Made by a program: the position numbers and the translations under genes. The notes beneath the pieces were generated by a model. That model saw only the letters and a list, made by a program, of their open reading frames with translations. It did no database searches and was not told the DNA's origin. From Amphiscolops sp. MND2022 (taxonomy: Eukaryota), in assembly GCA_964187785.1 (NCBI GenBank), contig OZ076409.1, forward strand, positions 42,906,001 through 42,970,000: a DNA stretch of 64,000 nt, given 5' to 3'. This document shows positions 13,801 to 24,900 of this stretch, piece by piece. Every line of letters starts with the position of its first letter. Within the stretch, counting starts at the first letter, position 1.

Positions 13801-14338
13801 GTCGCCATATACCCTGTTTTGCATTTATTTTGGATGACAGCTTTTTGTGGAGTTGAAAAAATAGCTCCCTTTCCGTGAGATGACATCATCAATTTTGGCC
13901 TACGAATTCAATCGAAAAAAGAGGACAATTTGGCTTCAGAAAATTTGGGTTTATTAATTTATCCAATTCGCAAATGAGGATTCTTGAGCCAAATTATTTT
14001 ACTTATTAGTTTGTGAGAAAAGCTAGTATTTCCAGGTGCAGTGGGATGACCTCGTGGTGGAAGCGCATTCCTCCATTCGGGAGATGATCCAGTGTATAAC
14101 GGATAACCCCACAATTCCATCCAGAGCATTCCAGTGTGAATACTCTAGAGCTATTTATGGCATTGACGTCATGTTCAAGAAAGTAGCCGATGACAAATAC
14201 CAGCCGGTCGTGCTGGAAGTGAATTTTAACCCCGATAGTACGATGTTCTCTACTTTCTATCCAAACTTCCATAACGAGTATTTCCAGCTGCTGTACATGA
14301 ACAAAATGGACGACGAAAACAACTTCATCAAATTGTAG
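10586..14338 (+). CDS. TTLL12: Tubulin tyrosine ligase-like 12, 3' six exons (5' exons not found in window)
   Basis: Exons 10586-10807, 10882-11274, 11740-11907, 12846-13036, 13492-13701, 14036-14338 join in frame via GT-AG introns. Recognisable TTLL12 motifs: PFIFMPTMASYSLLW (SET-like), NQFPSE...KDLL, WILKPWNMSRG, QKYIERP, VKFDMR, YERHF, RAIYGIDVM, LEVNFNPD; stop TAG 14336-14338. Confidence 0.93.
10882..11274 (+). CDS. TTLL12: TTLL12 exon
   Basis: ttttcag| ... FINQFPSEHLFHCKDLL g|gtgagt. Confidence 0.88.
11740..11907 (+). CDS. TTLL12: TTLL12 exon
   Basis: tttttag| ... LPKWFQMTYNLHYDLPRFV ... g|gtggat (weak donor, phase-compatible with next exon). Confidence 0.8.
12846..13036 (+). CDS. TTLL12: TTLL12 exon (TTL domain)
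   Basis: tttag| EDLNVWILKPWNMSRG...QKYIERP...VKFDMR |gtaagt. Confidence 0.92.
13492..13701 (+). CDS. TTLL12: TTLL12 exon (TTL domain)
   Basis: ttccag| IFVVVQSLVPLQAYVY...YERHFSSMGY...RQE |gttagg. Confidence 0.9.
14036..14338 (+). CDS. TTLL12: TTLL12 last coding exon
   Basis: ttccag| VQWDDL...SRAIYGIDVM...VLEVNFNPD...KL stop. Confidence 0.92.
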   Translation: MQWDDLVVEAHSSIREMIQCITDNPTIPSRAFQCEYSRAIYGIDVMFKKVADDKYQPVVLEVNFNPDSTMFSTFYPNFHNEYFQLLYMNKMDDENNFIKL

Positions 14339-15804
14339 TCCTGAACTTGTTTATTGTTGATTTGAACCGTGATGATTGCCGTTGTTCATATTTTACTGGG
14401 ACATGCTGATCTTTACCCAATATAAAATTGTATAAATGTTCATCTTTTACTTTTTCAGCGGCATTATTACCCGAATCTTGTAATAACATCGCTTCGAAGT
14501 TGCCCCTAGTTTGCCCGCACAGAAGGAAGGGGGCCAGATATGGTTAAAAACAGGATATTAGAACACATTCTAATGAACAGTATCACCAATCACAAATTCT
14601 GATTTCTCGTTTCACCCGTAATAATCGAAACCGGGTAAAATTTTCATGGAAACCCTAAGACCTTATTTTCTGCTGTTTGGAACCATTATTTCTGAAAACT
14701 AAAAAAGTGTCTGGCAAAAACTTTAGCACTAAAAACTAATGCGTTATATCCAAGTTTCTTGGGATGTTCGAACGAGTGATCGCAAAACAGTTGACAAGCT
14801 TCAATAGAAAGCGTAGAAGACGAAAAAGGCTGTGACACTGCGGTATCTTGGGTAGACCATTACAAGACGCTATTAGGGAAGCGAGCCGGGGACGGCCCAA
14901 GTTGGCGCCCGCTCAAGGTTCAAAACAGTAGTTTCTTAAATATGCAAGGGACACTTTGTCAAGTTTATCCAATTTACGGTGCCAAAAAATACCAGAAGGG
15001 ATACACATAAGACAGCTTTTCCCTAAGTTGAATCATCGAAACTCATTTTTTGATTTTTTTTCTTTGGGCAAAAGTGTGATTGCTTCCTAGTAAGGTGAGA
15101 AGGCATAGAGAAATTCTGTAAAAAGTAGACCTTTCAGTGCGGGGTCTGATCTGGAGAAAAAAAGGTCACTATGAGTCTGGCATTTTTTGTTTAACGAAAA
15201 GCACCGACTTAAAATGGCAATGGTTTGACTGAACAAAAATATTGATAATTCAAACTGAAATGAACGCCTCCACAGCAGTGTCAGTAGGTAAACAAGCCGC
15301 TTCTGCGCTGACTTTTTTTGAGTTCTAGACACCACAATCGAAGGGGGTGTCCTAATTTTTAGCCTCTGACAGGTCCCTGTTCTTGCAGATCATCAGAAAA
15401 ATTCGAGGCGAAAAAGTTGATTTGAAATAAAATGTGTTCAAATTGTTATTCAAACGTCTACCAAAAAACGAGAAAATATTTTTGTGGAGCAAAGTTCCCT
15501 ATTCGCAAGAAGTGCCAAAAAGCATCACTTTTTGTTGGAGTTACATTCCTAATCTGGAGCAAGGCGAAAGCCAAAAAAGATGATAGGTGAAAATTCAAAA
15601 TACGTTTAGCCTCACGGTGACGAAATTTCAATCATTTATATTCTAGGCTACCAAAAAACTAAAGAGATTAGATTTCACTGACGAATAAATTAAAATCACT
15701 AACTTTTTACACGAGCTTTTGACACAAAATCCCCTGAAAACCGTTTCTCGAACGTCGATCAAAAATACAATTGTAGTTTTTGTTTCGGAATCATAAAAAA
15801 TACG

Positions 15805-16687
15805 AACAAGTCGGGACCGGCCCAAGTCGGCGCCATATCCAAGGCTCAAAAATAGCAAAAAGACTTCCAAGTGTCAAGTATTCTCTTTTACAGTACTCGG
15901 AAATCAAAAATATTTCGAAAAAAATTTTCGAAAAAATTACATACTCAAAAAAATGGCGCGCTAAAAGGGGGACACTTCCGAAATTGTCAACATTTTTGTC
16001 GCAGTTGAAGGTGGACCCTTCGGAGAAAAAACAAATTTTCGAAAAAATCTCACAATGCCGAAAAATTGAAAGGGGGGGCCTTTGGGGTTTTAAACACCCA
16101 ATCTGTTGTAAAATATCAAAGAAATTGAAGGGGGGACCCTTTGGAGAGAAAAAATTTTAGGAAAAAAGTCTCACAATGCCGAAAAACTGAAAGGGGGGAC
16201 CCTTTGAGGTTTTTCAACATCCATTCTGTCGCAAAACATGAAAAAATTGAAGAAAGCAAAAATTTTCATTTTCGGGAAAAAATCTCACAATGCCGAAAAA
16301 AACTGAAAGGGGGGCCCTTTGGGATTTTTCAACATCCATTCTGTCGCAAAACATCAAAAAAATACAAGGGGGCCTTTGGGGAACTTTTTTTTCGGGAAAA
16401 AGTCTCGCAGTGCCGAAAAAAAATGAAAGGGGGGAGCCTTTGGTCTCGCCCGGTATGGTATGTTACGCGGAAAAACAGGAAAAACCTTTTTGGCTCAGTT
16501 CGCTAGACCAAATAGTGCAATTTGGTGCAATAATATTTTGTAGAACTTTTGAAGAACTATTTTGGTCAGTTCGTGTGGATAGAAAAAAAGAGTCACTATA
16601 ATAGTCGCGTTTCTCTTCATGAAGCGCCGACTAAAAAAAGAGTAACTATAATAGTCGCGTTTCACTTCATGAAGCGCCGACTAAAAA
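15805..16687 (-). mobile_element. Non-autonomous Helentron/DINE-1-like element (HINE) with internal minisatellite
   Basis: Subterminal inverted repeat AGTCGGCGC / GCGCCGACT, terminal hairpin GGGACCGGCCC, T-rich ends, internal tandem units containing TCTCACAATGCCGAAAAA...GGGGACCCTTTG. Same family recurs at 23337, 33264, 39729 and, diverged, near 14879, 37452 and 49843. Confidence 0.7.
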
Positions 16688-18451
16688 TATAACAGCCTAT
16701 TTTTGACTTCAGATAGTTTCTGAAATTTATGCAAAATGTTGAAAACAAAAATCCAAGTAAAATCATCAACAATGCATGTGGGAAATTGTGTATTCTCTGA
16801 TTTAGAACTCTAATTCGTTTTTTAAATCCGACTTGAAAATTTATTCCTCGGAAAAGCTGTTTCGACAGAATCACAACAGGTTTTGGTTGTTCATTTTTTT
16901 TGGAAAACATTTTCAGAAAGTGTTGAATATGAAAGTTGAAGAACGGTGTCAAGGTTACAAAATTGATTGGGGATGTTTTTCTTTCATTTACTAGTTTTTG
17001 AGATTTTGTGCAATGAAGTTCAAAAGAATTCAAAAGTCCCGAAATACAATGTGATTTTTTTAAATGAATTTTTTATGAATTTCATTCAGCGTAGTAAACT
17101 GCTTTGTTTTAAAACCAAGTTGATTTGTTTTTAGTAACAAAGGTATAATTTAGTGTTTTTTTTGGATATAGCGGCCCTGAATGAGATCTACAAATACAAC
17201 GGAGGATAGTCTTCTCTCGAATAAACTTTTGATATCGTACGTTTTTTTGTCAACATTCATTTTCCCAAAGTTCTACCTTCTACAAAATCGTGATTTTGAT
17301 AATGCAATTAACCAGTACTGTTTGACACATTCAGAAAACCTCGTTTTTCGTAGCGGAAGGCTTCAACGCCTGGTCGAACTGAAAAATTCATTCAATGAAA
17401 CCCACACCCTCGTCAGACTAAGACACACCGACAATACGACAATACAGGCGTCACTCTGCTCCTCAGTGTTGCATTCAAACTAATGCGAAATAATATTTTG
17501 TAGAACTTTTGAAGAACTATTTTGGTCAGTTCGTGTGGATAGAAAAAAAGAGTCACTATAATAGTCGCGTTTCTCTTCATGAAGCGCCGACTAAAAAAAG
17601 AGTAACTATAATAGTCGCGTTTCACTTCATGAAGCGCCGACTAAAAATATAACAGCCTATTTTTGACTTCAGATAGTTTCTGAAATTTATGCAAAATGTT
17701 GAAAACAAAAATCCAAGTAAAATCATCAACAATGCATGTGGGAAATTGTGTATTCTCTGATTTAGAACTCTAATTCGTTTTTTAAATCCGACTTGAAAAT
17801 TTATTCCTCGGAAAAGCTGTTTCGACAGAATCACAACAGGTTTTGGTTGTTCATTTTTTTTGGAAAACATTTTCAGAAAGTGTTGAATATGAAAGTTGAA
17901 GAACGGTGTCAAGGTTACAAAATTGATTGGGGATGTTTTTCTTTCATTTACTAGTTTTTGAGATTTTGTGCAATGAAGTTCAAAAGAATTCAAAAGTCCC
18001 GAAATACAATGTGATTTTTTTAAATGAATTTTTTATGAATTTCATTCAGCGTAGTAAACTGCTTTGTTTTAAAACCAAGTTGATTTGTTTTTAGTAACAA
18101 AGGTATAATTTAGTGTTTTTTTTGGATATAGCGGCCCTGAATGAGATCTACAAATACAACGGAGGATAGTCTTCTCTCGAATAAACTTTTGATATCGTAC
18201 GTTTTTTTGTCAACATTCATTTTCCCAAAGTTCTACCTTCTACAAAATCGTGATTTTGATAATGCAATTAACCAGTACTGTTTGACACATTCAGAAAACC
18301 TCGTTTTTCGTAGCGGAAGGCTTCAACGCCTGGTCGAACTGAAAAATTCATTCAATGAAACCCACACCCTCGTCAGACTAAGACACACCGACAATACGAC
18401 AATACAGGCGTCACTCTGCTCCTCAGTGTTGCATTCAAACTAATGCGAAAT
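16529..18451. repeat. Exact 960-bp tandem duplication
   Basis: 16529-17488 repeats at +960 (identical ORFs 16662/17622 and 17181/18141); AAT microhomology at the junction. Confidence 0.97.
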
Positions 18452-18801
18452 TCCTTTAATTTTGAACATCAGGAATTTCAATTTGAAATTGAGCATTTCT
18501 TGCGAGTAGTCTAGAGCTTCGCCATATGTTTTTCCAATATCCATCTAAGCGGGGTGATTAGCATCTAATTGCGAGTGAAGCCTCAAGGTTGAATAGCTGT
18601 ACTGTTGATGGAAGAGATGTTTCGAAAAAAGTTTTTTGAAATATTCAGCAGTATTGCATAAACTAAAGGGATATGTATAGCAAGAAGTAGTATGAAAACC
18701 TAAGAATAAATTGACGTCCGAATCATTCTGTAGCTTGACAACCAAATTATGACAGGCGTGAATTTGAGAGGCTATTAATAAATATTGTTGCGGCTTGTTT
18801 T

Positions 18802-18926
18802 TCATGTGGCATGGATGTCGATAGGCTGCACAATGGAAGATTCAGCCGAGGTTGGCCTGGATATGCAAATAGGAGATCCCGTTTGGTGAGTTTCATTTAA
18901 ATTCTGAACTTGATGAACTTCGTGTT
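18802..18926 (-). CDS. NFI: Probable NFI last coding exon
   Basis: tttttag-like acceptor (gttttag|) EHEVHQVQ...QPIDIHAT stop TGA, in phase with previous exon. Confidence 0.6.
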
Positions 18927-21900
18927 CTAAAACAAAGTCATTTTATTAACAATGATATAATTGAAGCACGAACCTTCAAGAATCAAGAAAAACTTTCTTA
19001 TTGTCAATTTTCATTGGATGACTGGATTTGACAAAACATGGGAAAACATTTTAGATTTTCTATAATCTTTTTCATTTTCTTCCTTGGAAATATTGGTTAA
19101 AGTTTTGTTCCTATTTATGGATATTCAAAACTTTATCCGGTATTTTCAAAAACGAATTAAAACATCATAGAAAACAAAAAAAATGTTTTTTTTTAAGTTT
19201 TATCAAATTCTTTATAAAGTATTAGTAACCTTGGCTTGTGTTGCCATGTGATGTATCCACAGTTCCTGGTGCTGCTGATAACAGTGTATGGTACTCCAAA
19301 TTGCCCTGTAGAGAATCCAGTTGAGAGGGCCAACCCTTGGGTGAGCTGTCTCCGGTTGAGACTTCAGAGGTCAATGCGAATGCTGCCTGCTGCTCCGTCG
19401 AGAGGGGCACCTGGGTGGCGTATAGAAGAGGGGTCACGATAGGACTGCTGTGTTTGTCCGGTAGCGTCACCAACTGCATCGGGTGAGTGGGTCCAGAATT
19501 GGCAGAGGACTGGTCAAGGGTCATTTCTGGATCTAATAGACAAAACTGACGGATAATTAGCGAACAATGTTTCACGAGGCAAACTCATAGGTTCTGATCA
19601 GGATTACAATGATAAATTTGGTTTCGTTCAATAAAACTGGGATTGCTTGAAACGCCCAATATTTCGAAATTTTAGCTTGAAATCCTTTGTATCAAGTTTT
19701 TATTGTAGTCAAAATTTTATTACTTTGAACATAAACATATAAAGTGGTACAAGTCCTGCGATTTTAAAAAAAGTTAGGACATTTTGTTCCAAAGTCAACT
19801 CTTAACATGAGAATCACTCACTCTTTCAGCCTATTCATGTTTCGACTGCTATTTTGACCTATTGCAATTTCGACCTGTCCTCATTTTGATCTATTGTTCC
19901 TTAATAACCTTAGTTTTCATTTCATCAAAAAGGATACTAAAAATAATAATCAACAAAACCAGTCTTTTCGTGGATGATTCATCATGAAAAAAAGAACGGG
20001 CGCGGTAATTGTCGAAAGTAGTGTCAAAATTGGCATATTTGATTTTTGACATCTTTAAAGGTGAAAACAGCCGGAGATTTTTAGATAAGAAGCCGGGCCA
20101 ATTATTATCAAAGAGCCAATTGTAGCTTAGGTTGGAATAGCACTTGGGCAAAAACCTAGTGGGTTGTGTAAGAAAATTTAGCCAGAGGGGTCGGAGAGAA
20201 AAACCCAAGGCTCAACTCTTAACAGAAAGGTTTGATTTTGGTGAGTAAGTTTCGTTCTTGCTTCTGCTCATAGGACTAGCTTGACACTAGTTTCTCTCCA
20301 AATTGCTCTATCGGCTCTATATTCGCAATGAGACTGTAGATTAGAATGATCGAGTTAAGAAATTGATATAAAATCACAGAACACGATGAAAACAATCTTC
20401 CAATTGATTTCTCAGCGAATATCTATATATCACGATCCAGCCAACTGAATCAAACAATCGTCAAGTCCCGGACTTGTACAATTTCTGTCACTGACTCCCG
20501 GAGTTAACGACGACCAGTTACTCCAGCTAGTTCGAATCTCTCGCCCCCGTCCTGAGGCTCAACTGAATTCTAGCTCTCTAACTCGGTTGTGCCTATTCAT
20601 TTATGTTCTAATTCCGCCTCAATTATATTTGTTCGTCGCACGTGTTTTTAGTCATCTCATCTTGACATTCTATCATACTTGACTTTTTCGTTACATACAG
20701 GGCGTCGGCGTCTTAAATCTGCATGAGTTTACGTTCATGTTTACTATTCTTTTTATGGCATGGTGAACGCGTCTAATTATACTTCGACTAAACATTCTTT
20801 GCCGCCAACGATAAATAATTCATCATCTTGATCGAAGTCCACATTTCAATAATAATTCAAGTCACCCAAGATATTTCTAATATCGAGAAGATTGCTCAAT
20901 AACCTTCAACTACATGGTTTACATGTCCTCTACGTGTAAGGGGTACTTTTCCGTCATTCTAAGTGCGTTGCATCGCGAATCTTCCAGCCTGACTGAATTG
21001 CATAAATTATCACTTACAGGCGCTGATTTACATGTTTTAATGTACGTTTTCCTATCTCCTCAGGGGTTGCATCTAAAATGACCTTGAGGTCCATCGGTGA
21101 CCTTGAAGTTATTGGCTCTTATCCAAAGTTGCTACATGCCAAGTTATACCATTCTAGGGTCAACGGTTCCCGAGTTACATGTTATGCGTATCGTTTGTTT
21201 ACTTAAGGCGGTTACCCCCGCATGGGTTATGAATACTGATCCGTTCACAATCGCAATCAACTACATTCGTTATTCCGGTTCGTTTGATATATTACAAGCC
21301 AAGGTCAAATGTCATTTATCGGTCGGGTCCGTGCGTCCGGCCCCGCGTCCCTTAAACAAACATTACTCCGCGCGTGGCGGGTCGGTCATTGTATCTGTCA
21401 TGTATATTACTTAGGGTTACTAGGTGAACATCTTAGGCAAGTTTCATAATCTTCGGGTCGTCCGTTGGCTATTTACATAACAATCGTGGTTTATTTACTT
21501 AGGGTCCGTGCTCTTCCTACACGCGTCGTAGGGTTCCGATAACATTCGCAAACGTCTTAATATCCTATGGGCTATCAATTCCATGTATAAGTCGACTTAT
21601 TCCTTGCTTGGCCGATGAGTTCGTAGGGGGGTCGACCAAGGTCACTTCCGGTGCTAATTGCCCAGGACTGGGGGGAGGTACGAGGTCGGGTACTCCGAGT
21701 CGAAAGTTGAGTTAACACCTCTAGTTTGTGCATGCCAAATTTCAGCTCGATCGGATAAGTCCTTCTCAAAAAAAGGGGGGTGGCCCTTTTTCCCTCAGAT
21801 CTCTTTTTCCGTCCAAATAAAAACTTAGCAAAATTCGCTCGAAGCGGTCGATTCTAACTTAGCTGATTCGAACAATTTAGTTGTTGACGTCGATTCTATA

Positions 21901-24900
21901 TTACTCAAACAATCGAGTTCACTCTTTCTATTATTCCGTTTGCCAAAATCATTAACGAAATACGCTAAATTCGCCTTTTCAGCTGTTTTTACTGATTTAC
22001 ACATTGTGGAATGTCTGAAATTTAGTTCGATCTATAACCTGTGGTTCGCGCAAAAATGATGGGATTTTTCTGAAACGCCAAAGAATCAAAAAGTTCACAG
22101 GTTGAAAGTGTAAGCGGTTGAAATTGCATAGGTTGAAATTGCGTAAAACGAAAGGCCCTGTAACCCTCCAAAATACTTTTGCAATTATTAACTTCTTGAA
22201 ATGTTTACGGAATGAAATTAGCTGTGCTCAACTTTTCCGTATTTTATCACTAAACTCTTTTTCACCAGCATTAAAAACAAGCCATCGGTTTTCAGCTTGT
22301 TTGATTAATCTATTTTTCCCCGGAACTTTTGGCATAAACAAATTCTTACAATGATGAGCATTCATGGTGGACAAAACTTCAACTGCCTGTTGCACCGACG
22401 AACAACTTCTCTCAACTGAAGTGTTTCCTTCCAAGATGAGAGCTCCTTTCTGCTTAACCACTGTGTCCGTTTCCTGTAATGTATCCACTGTGTCACCTTC
22501 GTGCATCACAGTCCCGAACCCCGCACCACCTTCGTGAAGGGCGGCACCCGAAACCGAGAGGTCCTCGACTTGTAAGGAAACAGAAGTGGGGATGGGGATG
22601 TCGTCAACAGGGGGTGATATTAATATTGACTGGGTGGTGTCTAACAAGTAACCAGTTGTTGCGTCGGTGGCATATGGAAGGGCTGTGAGTCCGTTGGTGG
22701 TCAACGTGGCGTTGTATATTTTGTTCTGATCTTCGTGACCTGCATACGGTTTAAGTTTTTCTCCATTATGTTTAACAAGATCAGTAACTTAATTAATAAA
22801 AGAATTTTTATCAAAATCTCTCTGCTGGAGAACGAAATACTGGGCTCGCAATATTTTGGTACTTTTCGGGGAGCAACGTCCCTGTTGGGATGTTGTATAG
22901 TCCTTTTAAAGAACACTACATTTCAAGGACGTAAACAATGTTTTCTGCATAAAGTAGTTAAAGAGCAACTTCTCTAAAAAATCTAAAATACTTTTCTCAG
23001 ATTTTCCTGTACCTGTGTAAGGTTCCAGTTTGAATGTTCTTTGCAGGTGGTCTGCGGGGATCACGATCTCAGACTGACTTCCGTTCACAGACACTGGAAT
23101 GAGATTGGGTACTCCGTAGTCTTGGGGTGGCACTTGTGAAGGGTAGTAGTGCGAGTGGTACTGCGAGGAATATTGGGCTGAAACGAGACAGAGAAAAATG
23201 TTTTTACTGTGTTTGAATTGTATGTCCTGGAAGTTTTCAAAAGTTTTTGAACAAATTAGAGAGTAGTAGTGAAAATACCATGAAGAAGGCTTATAATTGG
23301 CTGAAGAAACACAATCTCATGCCAATCGATATAGAAAACAAGCCGAGACCGGCCCAATTCGGCGCCATATCATAGGCTCAAAATAGCAAAATGGACTTCG
23401 AAGTGTCAAAGTATTGGTGAATTGGGACCCTTTGACTAAATTTTTTTTGAAAAAAAGGCTCACAATGCCGAAAAAAACTGAAAAGGTGGACCCTTTGGGA
23501 TTTTTCAACATCCATTCTGTCACAAAATCTAAAGAAAATGAAGGGGGACCCTTTGGGGAAACGTTTTATGGAGAAAAGTCCCATATTGCCGAAAAAAACT
23601 CAAAGGGTCCCCTTTAGTCTCGCCCGGTATTGTATATTACAAACTTTTTGGTTCAGTTCCCTGGGCCAATAGGTAAAATTTAAATTTTTGTAGAACTTTT
23701 GGTAGAACTATTTTGGTCTTTTCAGGTGTATCAAAAAAACACTGACGAGAAGCCATGACTTTAGCCGACTCTTTTCTTAAGAAAAGCTCCGACTAAAAAT
23801 GAACGAAAACTCAAATTAATACAAATTTGGAAAAAATAGAGTCCCTGCTTGTTTGATTGGGTTGGAATTACGCAAGCTTTTTATCGAGAAGCCAATTACT
23901 TGATGTTGAAAAATCAAGCTAAATAATCAGGTTGAGATTGAAAATCAAAACGTTTGTTTATTCATAACGGTCCTTGCAAATGAACTGTAAATTGTTCGCA
24001 TCCAGTTTTTTATTGTACTTTTAAAATGACTGGTTCCATGGGCTGTGTCCCAACTGAGTGCTTTTATGTGTTTCATTTTTTGTTTCATGGAATGTTACAT
24101 TTAGCAACTCTGTCGAATTAAACTTTCAAATGAACTCAAGTAATTTTTATCGTGCGATAATTTTAAAAAAATTTTTATGGTGTTTCAGAAAGAACCGTTT
24201 TTCACAACCTTTTTCAATGTAACTCGATTTGATGATATTTTCCGCCTTCTTCGCCTTCACCAATTGAGCCTTTGCTAATTTGGGAGGGGGAAAAATTTCG
24301 AAATTAGGATCTAAAAATTAGTGATATTAGATCTTATTCCCTTTAGACTTTATTCCCGTCCTGAAAATCTAGATCGTATTCCATTTAGATCTTGTTCCCT
24401 TTTTCGAATTCAGATATTAATTCCTCAAAGCTGTTTTAGTTACTTGACTATTTTGTAAATTAGTCAAGTAACTAAACATAGTCAACTAACTAAGTGAAAG
24501 TGTAGAGAAGAGTGAAGTGAAGAGTGGAATTATGGCAGAATTTGGAAAAAAAGCGCAACACAGATCATGATTTTCCTCCCCCATTTATGTAGGCGGAAAA
24601 TAATAAGTTATAGCTGACTGATCTATGGTTCAGCTGCTAAAACTAGTTTAGGAAAGATTGAAAAAGTGCAGCGTCGAATAAAGAGAGCAATCGTTTTCAA
24701 AACAAAATTAGATCCTATCAATGACATCCTACTCGATAACGCAATTCTTACCTTTTCGAACTGTGTTTTAGTGAATTGCTGAAGGATCTTTTACGACAAT
24801 TACGCCACGAAGCCCCTGTGCAATTTTTGCCTTAAGTTTAAAAACGTATCTTCAACAAGGAATCAAACTAAAGGTCTTCTCCAATCAAAATACTACCGAA

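Noticed and set aside
15780..16601. Lys/Gly/Phe-rich ORFs here and at 23317-23617, 33372-33809, 39692-40210
   Set aside because: Translations of the HINE minisatellite; open in several frames with no protein motif.
20335..20914. Possible solo LTR (TGTAG...CTACA)
   Set aside because: No matching TSD and no second copy in the window.
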